Source of the DNA: an uncultured Verrucomicrobiaceae bacterium
GTDB lineage: Bacteria > Pseudomonadota > Gammaproteobacteria > Pseudomonadales > CAMLJR01
DNA: 64,000 nt
Direction: 5' to 3'
Assembly (NCBI GenBank): GCA_964638025.1
Contig: CAZWXW010000003.1
Span: 15,126-79,125 of the forward strand
Below are positions 55,014 to 63,875 of the stretch, piece by piece (positions within the stretch are counted from its first letter, which is position 1; each line of letters starts with the position of its first letter). Both the position numbers and the translations under genes were made by a program. The notes under the pieces were generated by a model. The model did not search any database. It worked only from the letters and a program-made list of their open reading frames with translations, and was not told the origin of the DNA.

Positions 55014-55092
55014 CGACGCCCTGGCATCTGCAAGTGGAGCCAGGCGCGCGGATATTGTCACCGGTCACTGATCGCTCTGGGCTAGCCAGAAA

Positions 55093-56490
55093 ATGGTGGT
55101 CTGGTTAATCTGGATGCCAATCAGCGAAGGCTGCTCTTTCATCCTCCCCGCGCAACCAGAACAGGCGAGAACAACCCAATTGATTTTTGATAAAAACGAA
55201 CAGGCCGCCGCGGTCCACAAACGCTGGGTGACCGGCGAGATCTTCGGCCTTGAAATTCCGGCCGATGCCGAGACGCTGCTCTCGGGCGGCGCAGACTTTC
55301 TCACCAGGGCTTTTCATGCCTCCGGCGCACTGGCCGCCAACAACCGGGTTGGTCGTATCGTCGAGGCGGAAGAGTTCATTGGGGGCGGCACCGGTAGAAA
55401 GTTGTTGCTGAATTTGGTGTACGAATTGCCGGCGCCGGAATTACCCGAACAGCTGTTCATCAAGTTTTCGCGGAATTTCGACAACGAGCTGTGGGACAGG
55501 GCGCGCTTCATGATGATCTCGGAAGCGAATTTTGCCGTGCTGTCCAGGTCGCCGGACTTCCCTGTTGCCGTACCTGCCTGCCTGTTCGCCGACGTCGAGC
55601 CGGAGTCCGGCACCGGGCTCATTATTACCGAATGCATAACCTATGGCCGCAACGGTGTGGAGGCCCTCTATCCCAAGTGCATGGATTACAACTTGCCTGA
55701 GCCGGTGGAGCACTACAAAGCCATTTTGAAGGGTCTGGCAAGGTTATCGGGAGCACACCGGGGTGGAAGGTTGTCGACAGACGTTGACAAGAAATTCCCC
55801 TACAGCCGAGAGCAGTCCTCGGCGGTGTTTGCAATTCGTACCCCGGAAGAGAAGTTGATACAGCGCGCAAACCGGATGTTTGATTTTATCGAGCGCTATC
55901 CGAAGCTGTTTCCGGAAAACGTGCGGGGACCAGAGTTTCGCGAGCAATTTATTCGTGATATTCCCGATGTGGTTGCCGCAGAGGGCCGGATAAGGGAAGT
56001 GCTGTACGGCAATCCCGAACTGATCGCCTTCGCGCACTGGAATGCCAATATCGATAACTGCTGGTTCTGGCGGGACGCGGAAGGCGTATTGCAATGCGGT
56101 TTCATGGATTGGGCAAATGCCGGTCAAATCAGCGTGGCTCAGTCCGTTAGCGGCGCGATCAGCGGTGCCGAGCCGTTTGTATGGAATGAGCATCTGGACG
56201 AACTGTTGAATGTGTTTGTCGAGGAGTACGCGGCCCAGGGCGGCGCACGACTGAGCATCGACGAATTGAAACTTCACATCCTGTTGATCGTTGCGGTATC
56301 CGGCGTGGCTTATTCGATGGCTGCCCCCATGGCCATCGAGCGGGACATCGAGGATATCGACGCCGTTGAAAGCTATCGGGATGACTGCTTCCGTGAACAT
56401 GAGAACGCCAGAATTCAGCTGCACATGATGACGAAAATGCTCAACGTGTGGCAGGCGCGGAAGCTGGGCGATGTGGTTCGCGGGCTTTAA
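55093..56490 (+). CDS. Hypothetical protein with APH/choline-kinase-like phosphotransferase fold (atypical catalytic loop)
   Basis: 465 aa; LFIKFSR (beta3 Lys-like), AHWNANIDNCWFW in place of HxDxxxxN, FMDWANAG in place of DFG/IDW; start uncertain (ATG 55114 alternative); lower GC than neighbours. Confidence 0.55.
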   Translation: MVVWLIWMPISEGCSFILPAQPEQARTTQLIFDKNEQAAAVHKRWVTGEIFGLEIPADAETLLSGGADFLTRAFHASGALAANNRVGRIVEAEEFIGGGTGRKLLLNLVYELPAPELPEQLFIKFSRNFDNELWDRARFMMISEANFAVLSRSPDFPVAVPACLFADVEPESGTGLIITECITYGRNGVEALYPKCMDYNLPEPVEHYKAILKGLARLSGAHRGGRLSTDVDKKFPYSREQSSAVFAIRTPEEKLIQRANRMFDFIERYPKLFPENVRGPEFREQFIRDIPDVVAAEGRIREVLYGNPELIAFAHWNANIDNCWFWRDAEGVLQCGFMDWANAGQISVAQSVSGAISGAEPFVWNEHLDELLNVFVEEYAAQGGARLSIDELKLHILLIVAVSGVAYSMAAPMAIERDIEDIDAVESYRDDCFREHENARIQLHMMTKMLNVWQARKLGDVVRGL

Positions 56491-56493
56491 AGG

Positions 56494-57879
56494 TCAGAGG
56501 CTTTCGATGATCCGCTGGGCAAGCGCTCTGGCATGCACACGCAGTTCCGGCACCGCCATCGCTTCCCAGTAACGCGCGCGCAACATCGGCCCGAGGTAAT
56601 GCAGGCCATCAATGGCGTTGCCATCGCGGCCGATCGGTCGATAGGCATCGTCGATTTGCAGTCCCATCTTCAGTGAATCCGCACACAGGTAGCCGTCGTC
56701 GCGAAGCTGGGCGATCAGCGCTGTCGCGCTGTTGTCGATGTCGAAGTTCGGTCCGGTGCAGTTGATGACGGCGGCAGCCGTGAGCGCGCGCGTGTTGCCG
56801 GTGGCGCGTTCGCGGATCTCGACCTGAACGCGATTGCCGGCCGTTGCGATGCTGCGAATGCGCCCGGCCACGATCTGCAGCTGACCGCGCTGCTGCATGC
56901 TGCGCAGGCGCTGTGCGGCGATCGGCGCGAGCCGATGGCGATGGATGTCCCAGTAGGTAGCGAGATGAACGAGGAAACGACTGCGCTGTGGTGGCGGCAG
57001 GTGCTGCCAGAGCTCGGGCGTGTACGGCCGCAATTCGTTGATGACATCGCGCCAGTTGCCACCGCTGCCGGTGCGCAGCGCCACTTCATGGCGTATCGCG
57101 CGCAGGTGGGCGAGGGCGGTCAGCGGAATCGACTGCAGATAGGCGGGGAACTCGCTCGCTGCCGGCGGATGGGGGCGTGTGCGGTGGCTGCGCGGCAGAT
57201 GGCCGCGCCGCGATACCAGCAGCAATTTGCAGGTGTCGTTGCGGCTGGTCAGGCGAAAGGCGGTATCGATGGCGGTGAGCCCGCTGCCGATGATGACGAT
57301 CGGAAGGTTGTCGTCATCCGATTCGATCGTCTGCTGCTCCCAGCCATCGTCAATGGTGCTGGCTGTGCCATTGAGCAGCAGCGGTTTGCACGCCGAGTAT
57401 CCGTGTGCCAGCACGACACGATTGGCGCCGACGACCTGGCCGTCGGCCAGTTCAACCGCGAACGATGACGGCGACTGCAGACGCCTGACAGCGACGGCTT
57501 CGCCATGCAGCCGGGTCAGCGGCACCGCGCTGTCGCGCTCGGCCTGGCGCAGTGTCCACACCAGGTAGTCGCCATAGATGCGCCGTGAAATGAACGAACC
57601 GGGATCGATCGACGGGTCGATGGCGCGACAGTAGTCGAGGAAGTGCGTCGGTTCGTCGGCCAGCGCGCTCATGTTGCCGGCCGGCACGTTCAGCAGCAGG
57701 TTGTCGTCCGAGGTGGAGTAGGCGAGCCCGCGCGCCATGCGCGCGCGCCGTTCGATCAGCAGCAGTTGCAGCGGACGGCTGCCAGCGGCGCGCAGCAGCT
57801 GCACGGCTGTCAGCGCGCCACTGAAGCCGGCGCCGATGATGACGACTCGCATCGCGGCGCCGGGGCCGGCATTACTCAT
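56494..57879 (-). CDS. FAD/NAD(P)-binding oxidoreductase (YdhS-like)
   Basis: ORF 56494-57888; ATG 57879 or 57852; Rossmann motif RVVIIGAGFSGALTA; second dinucleotide motif IVIIGSGLTAID. Confidence 0.7.
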   Translation of the reverse strand: MSNAGPGAAMRVVIIGAGFSGALTAVQLLRAAGSRPLQLLLIERRARMARGLAYSTSDDNLLLNVPAGNMSALADEPTHFLDYCRAIDPSIDPGSFISRRIYGDYLVWTLRQAERDSAVPLTRLHGEAVAVRRLQSPSSFAVELADGQVVGANRVVLAHGYSACKPLLLNGTASTIDDGWEQQTIESDDDNLPIVIIGSGLTAIDTAFRLTSRNDTCKLLLVSRRGHLPRSHRTRPHPPAASEFPAYLQSIPLTALAHLRAIRHEVALRTGSGGNWRDVINELRPYTPELWQHLPPPQRSRFLVHLATYWDIHRHRLAPIAAQRLRSMQQRGQLQIVAGRIRSIATAGNRVQVEIRERATGNTRALTAAAVINCTGPNFDIDNSATALIAQLRDDGYLCADSLKMGLQIDDAYRPIGRDGNAIDGLHYLGPMLRARYWEAMAVPELRVHARALAQRIIESL

Positions 57880-57985
57880 TACAGACACTACTCATTGAAA
57901 TCCCTGCTGAAGCGGAAGCTTGTCGCGGGATTATCAACGTCGCCCGATCGCGGCGACCACCGTCTATACCCATCGGCCAGCCGGT

Positions 57986-59170
57986 TCAGCCGGCGGCGGC
58001 ACTCCGCAGTTCGCCGGCCGCTGCAGGCGTGCTGCCATGCCCGCGCACCAGCGGCAACACCTCTTCGCCGACCCGGTAGGCCTCTTCGAGATGGGGTGTG
58101 CTGGCGAGGATGAAGGCGTCGGCACCGAGCCGGACCAGATCGTCGAGCCGCTCCGCCACCTGCTCGTAACTGCCGACGATGCCGTTGGTCTGGCCGCCGC
58201 GCAGCAGGCTGAAGCCGGACCAGACATTGGGTTCGATGATGAAGTCGCGATAGCTGTTGATGGTGCCGGGGCGGAAGTTGCCCTGCCGCGCCGCGCCCAC
58301 CGAATCGCCGCCGCCTTCGGCCCGCCGCTTCAGTGCGGCCAGTGCCTCTGGTGACAGGTTGTCGAAGCCGCGCCGGATTTCATCCCAGGCCTCCTCCTCG
58401 GTGGGGCGGGCGATGATGTCGACGCGCACGGCGCAGCGGATCTTGCGGCCGAGCGCGGCGGTTTTCTCCTTGACGCGATCGAACTTCTCCTTGAGCTGCG
58501 CGAACGGTTCCAGCCAGCTCAGATAGAAATCGGCGTGTTGCGATGCGGAGACCAGCGCCGCATCGGACGAGCCGGAGAAATAGATCTCCGGAAACGCTTC
58601 GTGCGACAGCAGTGGCGGCAGGCCGGCATGCTCGACCTGATAGAACTTGCCGTCGTAGCTGAACGGACCGCCGCTCCAGATGCCGCGCAGCACGTCGAGA
58701 AATTCGGTGGTGCGGTTGTAGCGCGCATCGTGACCGGCCGAGTCGCCCCACCACAGTTGCGACGGACCGCCGCCGCCGGTGATGACATTGAACAGGGCGC
58801 GGCCGCCGGTGGCGCGCTGCAGGCTGGCGGTCATGCGCGCCGCCGTCACCGGATTCAGGAAGCCGGGCTGGAACGCAATCATGAAACGGAAGGTGCTGGT
58901 TTCACGCGCCAGAAATGACGATATCGCCCACGGTTCGTCGGTCATCGGAAACGAGGGCAGCAGGCCGCCCTGAAAGCCGGAAATTTCCGCGGCGCGAGCG
59001 ATTTCGGCCAGATAGTCGGCGTAGCTGAAGCCGTCGGCGCGGCCGCCACTGAGGCCGGGTTTGGTTTGGGCATCGCTGGCCGGTGACCAGTCGCCGCGAA
59101 ACGGATCGCGACGGCGCAGCGAAACGGGCTCACCGTGGGTTGGCAGGCGCCAGAAGATATCGATGGTCAT
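57986..59170 (-). CDS. LLM-class FMNH2-dependent monooxygenase, SsuD-family
   Basis: MTIDIFWRLPTHGE, FMIAFQPG, GRALFNVITG, YFSGSSDAA, PNVWSGFSLLRGG, VGSYEQVAERL, PHLEEAYRVGEEVLPL. Confidence 0.85.
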   Translation of the reverse strand: MTIDIFWRLPTHGEPVSLRRRDPFRGDWSPASDAQTKPGLSGGRADGFSYADYLAEIARAAEISGFQGGLLPSFPMTDEPWAISSFLARETSTFRFMIAFQPGFLNPVTAARMTASLQRATGGRALFNVITGGGGPSQLWWGDSAGHDARYNRTTEFLDVLRGIWSGGPFSYDGKFYQVEHAGLPPLLSHEAFPEIYFSGSSDAALVSASQHADFYLSWLEPFAQLKEKFDRVKEKTAALGRKIRCAVRVDIIARPTEEEAWDEIRRGFDNLSPEALAALKRRAEGGGDSVGAARQGNFRPGTINSYRDFIIEPNVWSGFSLLRGGQTNGIVGSYEQVAERLDDLVRLGADAFILASTPHLEEAYRVGEEVLPLVRGHGSTPAAAGELRSAAAG

Positions 59171-59192
59171 AGCGGTTCTCCAAGAGCGTAAT

Positions 59193-59290
59193 GGTCAAGT
59201 CCCCTCTCCCTTCAGGGAGAGGGTCAGGGAGAGGGGAGTGCGCACGAATCGGCCCTCTCCCTTCAGGGAGAGGGGCGAGATGCGTAGGAC
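59193..59290. repeat. REP/MITE-like element, copy G (double hairpin), between the two tandem LLM genes
   Basis: GGTCAAGTCCCCTCTCCCTTCAGGGAGAGGGTCAGGGAGAGGGG - GTGCGCACGAATCGG - CCCTCTCCCTTCAGGGAGAGGGGCGAGATGCGT. Confidence 0.85.
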
Positions 59291-59291
59291 G

Positions 59292-60350
59292 TCAGGCCGC
59301 GCGCGAACGCTGCGCGATACGTGCACGCAATGCCGGCAACAGGTATTCACCGACGCGGTAGGCCTCCTCCAGATGTGGAACGGCCGCCAGCACGAAGCTG
59401 CCGACACCGGCATCGGCATAGTCGTACAGCGCGTCGCTCACCTGCTCGTAGCTGCCGACCAGCGTGGCTGCGGCCCCCGTTTGTGCCGTTGCCAGTCCGT
59501 TCCACAACAGCACCGGTGTTCCGCGCGATCCTGTCGTCTGCTGCAGATAACGCTGGGCGTCGTGCACGGCTTCCTCTTCGGTTTCGCGCGCCAGCAGATC
59601 GATGCGCAGACCGGCGACGAGTTGTCGCCCGGCCGCCTGCGCCAGTTCGCGCAGCGTCGCAATGGATGTCGACAAGGCCGACACCGGCTGCGCATCGAAC
59701 AGATGCACATCGGCGGATCGTGCCGAACGCTGCAGATCGTCGACGCTGCTGCCGGAGAGGTAGACCGGCGGTACCGGGTGGCCGCCGAGCGGTCCCTTGA
59801 AGCCGCCATCGAGCACTTCGAAAAACCGGCCCTTGAAATTGAACGGCGCTTTAGTGATGACGCCACTCGCGACCGTGATGAACTCTTCGATCCGTGCCGG
59901 CACATCGGCATCGGAAACGAAATCACCGAGCTGGCGGCGCTGGGCGGCGTCGGCGCCGCTGCTGATCTGCCAGGCGAAACGATTGCCGGTGTAGCGCTGA
60001 TAGCTGACCGCATTCTTGGCGGCGTAGACCGCCGATCCGCGCGAGGCTTCGAATTCGGTCAGCAATTTCAGATGCCGGGTGCTGCGGCCGAGATAACCGG
60101 CGACGATCCACGATTCATCGCCCTCGGTGTCGTGGCGAATCTGCAGGCCATCGAAACCGGCGATGTCGACGGCGCGCGCCACCTGATGCAGGTGATCGAA
60201 ATAGTTGAACTTGCCGCCGCGCGGATCGCTGACACCGGCGCGGAAGGGGCGCGACTCGCCGTGCAGTCGCTCACCGCGCCTGAAGTGGCCGGCCTGTCCG
60301 TAGCGGCCATCGCCGCTGGTGGGCAGTTGCCAGATAAATTCAACGCTCAT
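59292..60350 (-). CDS. LLM-class flavin monooxygenase, divergent SsuD-family
   Basis: ORF 59292-60731 is extended upstream; ATG 60350 after GGAG gives MSVEFIWQLPTSGDGRY; VGSYEQVSDALYDY, PHLEEAYRVGEYLLPAL. Confidence 0.8.
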   Translation of the reverse strand: MSVEFIWQLPTSGDGRYGQAGHFRRGERLHGESRPFRAGVSDPRGGKFNYFDHLHQVARAVDIAGFDGLQIRHDTEGDESWIVAGYLGRSTRHLKLLTEFEASRGSAVYAAKNAVSYQRYTGNRFAWQISSGADAAQRRQLGDFVSDADVPARIEEFITVASGVITKAPFNFKGRFFEVLDGGFKGPLGGHPVPPVYLSGSSVDDLQRSARSADVHLFDAQPVSALSTSIATLRELAQAAGRQLVAGLRIDLLARETEEEAVHDAQRYLQQTTGSRGTPVLLWNGLATAQTGAAATLVGSYEQVSDALYDYADAGVGSFVLAAVPHLEEAYRVGEYLLPALRARIAQRSRAA

Positions 60351-60385
60351 CACTTCCACTCCCGTGTTTCTGGTCAGATTCGAAT

Positions 60386-62266
60386 TTATTCGTGTGTTGC
60401 AGCGGCGACTTTGTCGCTGCGACTTTTCTCGGCGGTGCCGTCCCACCAGGTGCTGATCGCCCACTCGGTGGCGCCGTAGTAGAGCGGCAGCTGCTGCGGG
60501 CGGCGCAGGCGCGAGTGATAGATCAGGTGGTGGTGCGTCAGGTAGCGCCACGGTTGCACGTAGTGGCCGTGGCGCAGCACGCGGTCGAGCGCGCGCGCAC
60601 TCGCTTCCAGTTCGCGTTGCGAACCGGCATCGAGCAGGTTTGTCAGCAATTGATCGATCGCCGCTGATTTGACGCCGATGATGTTTTCCGAGCCGGGCCT
60701 GTCGGCGTCGGCGCTGTTGAAGGCGCGCCACAACTCGGCGGCTGGATAGCGCGATTCGCGCAGGTCGAAGGCGATGAAGTCGTAGTCGAAGGCGTTCTGG
60801 CGGCTGCGGTTGGCGGCGGCATCGGCCACCTTCTGGCGCACCTCGATGCCGATTTTTCCCAGGTTGTAGAAGAACGGATCCATCAGCAGGCTGTTGCCGC
60901 GCGCGGCCGCTACTTCGATGACAAACGGTTCGCCGGCGGCATTGCGCAGGGCGCCGTCGCGGAAGGTCCAGCCGGCCTCGGCGAACAGCGCCAGCGCCCG
61001 CTCCAGCTTTGGCCGGATATCGGCGGCGCGGTGGTTGTAGGGCAGTTCGACGATGGGGCCGAACACCTTCGGGTCGAGCTGGTCGCGCAGCGGCTCCAGC
61101 AGCGCCAGTTCATCGGCGCTGGGATAGCCGGTGGCCTCTAGCGACGTGTTGGAGAAGAAGCTGGCGACACGGCCGAAACCGTTATCGAAGATCTTGCCGT
61201 TCACCCACTCGAAATCGAAGGCGAGGTTCAGCGCTTCGCGCACGCGCGGGTCCTGAAACTTCGGCTGGCGCACGTTGAAGGCCCAGCCGGCCATTGCCGG
61301 CGGGTTCTTGTGCTCGATGCTCTCCTTGATCAGCTCGCCATCGTCGAAGCGGTTGCCGATGTACTGGCAGCACCAGTAGCGCATTTTGACTTCGCTGTAG
61401 AAGTCGTAATCGGCAGCGCGCATGCCGGAAACTTGGGTGTCGGTGTCCTTGTAGAGCTTGTAAACCACCTGGTCGAAATTGAGCGTGCCGCGACGCACCG
61501 GTATCCGCTCGCCCCAGTAGTTGGGGTTGCGGCGGTAGGTGATGGTGCGGCCGGCTATCGCCTTCTCGACGATATAGGGGCCGCTCGCCACAGGCTGCTC
61601 CATGCGCAGCTGATCGAACGGCACCGCTTTGCCTTGCGCGTCGGTTCCCCATTTCGGCGAGAAGATCGGCAGGCTGCCGGCGACGAAGGAGAGGTCGCGG
61701 CCCGGGCGATTGAAGATGAAGCGCGCGGTCAGCCGGTCGATGGTCTCGACCTTGGAGATTTCGGAAAAATAGGCGACGAAGACCGGGCTCGACTGCTGGT
61801 TGCCGTTGCGGTTCGCCAGCACATCGAAGGAGTGCTTGATGTCGGCGCTGGTGATCGGGTCGCCGTTGGAGAAGCGCGCCTCGGGGCGCAGCCGGAACGT
61901 GGCCGAGGTGAAATCCGGCGCCACCTCGATATCCTCGGCGAGCAATCCGTATTGCGTGTTGGCCTCGTCGAGACTGTAGACGGTCAGCGTCTCGAAGGTC
62001 AGTTCCAGCAGGCCGGGCGCGGGGCGTCCGCGCAGGCTGAACGGATTGAGCTTGTCGAAATTGCTGTTGACGCCGGTATTGGAGAGGCGCAGCAGGCCGC
62101 CCTTCGGTGCATCGGGATTGACGTAGTCGAAGTGCGTGAAATTGGCGGGATACTTTGGCTCGCCGAACTGCGCGACGGCGTGCGCGGCGTTGCCGTGCGG
62201 TGCGATGGCGAACCCGGACAACAGGAAAAATGCGGAGAGAGCGTGACGGCGTAGCGACGACTTCAT
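60386..62266 (-). CDS. Family-5 periplasmic solute-binding protein, YejA-like (cassette 3)
   Basis: 626 aa; signal peptide MKSSLRRHALSAFFLLSGFAIAPHGNAAHA; QFGEPKYPANFTHFDYVNPDAPKGG. Confidence 0.85.
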   Translation of the reverse strand: MKSSLRRHALSAFFLLSGFAIAPHGNAAHAVAQFGEPKYPANFTHFDYVNPDAPKGGLLRLSNTGVNSNFDKLNPFSLRGRPAPGLLELTFETLTVYSLDEANTQYGLLAEDIEVAPDFTSATFRLRPEARFSNGDPITSADIKHSFDVLANRNGNQQSSPVFVAYFSEISKVETIDRLTARFIFNRPGRDLSFVAGSLPIFSPKWGTDAQGKAVPFDQLRMEQPVASGPYIVEKAIAGRTITYRRNPNYWGERIPVRRGTLNFDQVVYKLYKDTDTQVSGMRAADYDFYSEVKMRYWCCQYIGNRFDDGELIKESIEHKNPPAMAGWAFNVRQPKFQDPRVREALNLAFDFEWVNGKIFDNGFGRVASFFSNTSLEATGYPSADELALLEPLRDQLDPKVFGPIVELPYNHRAADIRPKLERALALFAEAGWTFRDGALRNAAGEPFVIEVAAARGNSLLMDPFFYNLGKIGIEVRQKVADAAANRSRQNAFDYDFIAFDLRESRYPAAELWRAFNSADADRPGSENIIGVKSAAIDQLLTNLLDAGSQRELEASARALDRVLRHGHYVQPWRYLTHHHLIYHSRLRRPQQLPLYYGATEWAISTWWDGTAEKSRSDKVAAATHE

Positions 62267-62296
62267 GGCAAGGCTCGAAATGGCAAGACTCGAATT
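62267..62296. repeat. 15-bp tandem repeat x2 that makes up the whole yejF3-yejA3 intergenic spacer
   Basis: GGCAAGGCTCGAAAT / GGCAAGACTCGAATT; spans from the yejA-like 3 ATG (62266) into the yejF-like 3 stop codon (62295-62297). Confidence 0.75.
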
Positions 62297-63875
62297 ACAG
62301 CGCAGCCTGGACCAGGGTGCGGGTGTAGGGGTGGCGCGGCTGGTTGATCACGTCCGATGTCTCTCCCTCTTCGACGATGACGCCGTCCTTCATGACGTAG
62401 AGGCGATGCGCGAGCGCATTGACGACACTGAGATCGTGGGTGATCAGCAGGTAGCTGAGCCCGTATTTCCTCTGCAGTTTCGACAGCAGCTGCAGCACCT
62501 GATTCTGGATCGACACATCCAGCGCCGAGGTCGGTTCGTCGAGCACCAGAATTTCCGGCTCCAGCACCAGCGCGCGGGCAATGGCAATGCGCTGGCGCTG
62601 GCCGCCAGAGAATTCGTGCGGGTAGCGCTGCAGCACGGCGGCGGAGAGGCCGACCTCGGCCAGCACATCGACGATGCGCTGGTGGCGCTGTTCGTCGCTC
62701 AGCTGCGGGAAGTGCAGCGCCACGCCCTCGCCGACGATCTGCTCGATGGTGCGACGCGGCGACAGCGAGCCGAACGGATCCTGAAACACCACCTGCACGC
62801 GCGCCCTGAAGGCGGCGCGGCGCGGCGTCTGCGGAAAGAATTCGATGGAGCCGGAGCGCGCCGACAGCAGCCGCAGAATCGCCTGCGCCAGCGTCGATTT
62901 GCCGGAGCCGGATTCGCCGACGACGCCGATGGTCTCGCGGGCGCGCAGCAGCAGGTCTGCGCCCTCGACAGCGGCAAAGCGGTCGCTGAAAAACAGGCCG
63001 CGCCATCCCGCCGCCTTCTTCGGATATTCGACGCGCAGCGCTCGCGTCTGCAGCACCACCGGGCTGTTGGGGCTGACCGGCTCCACCTGCCGCACCGGCA
63101 GGCTGTTGATCAGCTTGATGGTGTACGGATGTCGCGGCGACGCGAACAGCGTCTCGGTATCCGCCTGCTCGACCAGCTGGCCGCGCTCCATCACGGCGAC
63201 ACGCTGGGCGAAGCGGCGCACCAGGTTCAGGTCGTGGGTGATCAGCAGGATCGCCATGCCGTCGCCGTCGCGGTTGGCCTCTTCCTGCAACGACAACAGC
63301 AATTTCACGATGCGCGCGCGGATGGTCCAGTCCAGCGCCGTGGTCGGTTCGTCGGCAATCAGCAGCTTCGGCCGGCACGCCAGCGCCATCGCGATCATGG
63401 CGCGCTGGCGCTGGCCACCGGAGAGCTGGTGCGGGTAGTCGACCATGCGCTGCTCGGGGTCGCGGATGCCGGTGCGGGTCAGCAGCTGCAGCGCTTTTTC
63501 GCGTGCGGATTTCTTGTCGAGCGTCTCGTCGTGCAGCAGCAGCGTTTCGATGACCTGGTCGCCGATGGTGTGCAGCGGGTTCAGCGCGCTCATCGGCTCC
63601 TGAAAGATCATCGCGACATCGCGGCCGCGCACGCGGCGCAGTTCATCTTCCGGCAGCTGCAACAGATCCCGGCCCTGCAGCCGGATGCTGCCCTGGTAAC
63701 TCGCGCCCTGCACCAGCCGCAGTACCGACAGTGCCGTGACGGTTTTGCCCGATCCTGATTCGCCGACCAGCGCGAGGCGCTCGCCGGGACGAATCTGCAG
63801 GTCGAGCCCCTTGACGACCTTGCGGCGACCGAACGAGATCGACAGGTTTTCAATCGAAAGCAATACGTCGCTCAC
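62295..63875 (-). CDS. Double-ABC-domain ATPase, YejF-like (cassette 3)
   Basis: 526 aa; GTG start overlapping upstream stop (GTGA); two Walker A sites, LSGGQRQR and FSGGQRQR. Confidence 0.9.
   Translation of the reverse strand: MSDVLLSIENLSISFGRRKVVKGLDLQIRPGERLALVGESGSGKTVTALSVLRLVQGASYQGSIRLQGRDLLQLPEDELRRVRGRDVAMIFQEPMSALNPLHTIGDQVIETLLLHDETLDKKSAREKALQLLTRTGIRDPEQRMVDYPHQLSGGQRQRAMIAMALACRPKLLIADEPTTALDWTIRARIVKLLLSLQEEANRDGDGMAILLITHDLNLVRRFAQRVAVMERGQLVEQADTETLFASPRHPYTIKLINSLPVRQVEPVSPNSPVVLQTRALRVEYPKKAAGWRGLFFSDRFAAVEGADLLLRARETIGVVGESGSGKSTLAQAILRLLSARSGSIEFFPQTPRRAAFRARVQVVFQDPFGSLSPRRTIEQIVGEGVALHFPQLSDEQRHQRIVDVLAEVGLSAAVLQRYPHEFSGGQRQRIAIARALVLEPEILVLDEPTSALDVSIQNQVLQLLSKLQRKYGLSYLLITHDLSVVNALAHRLYVMKDGVIVEEGETSDVINQPRHPYTRTLVQAAL

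Noticed and set aside
14435-59290. Could the recurring palindromic repeats be a CRISPR array?
   Set aside because: The copies are kilobases apart, in both orientations, of variable length and without regular spacers. No cas genes are present.
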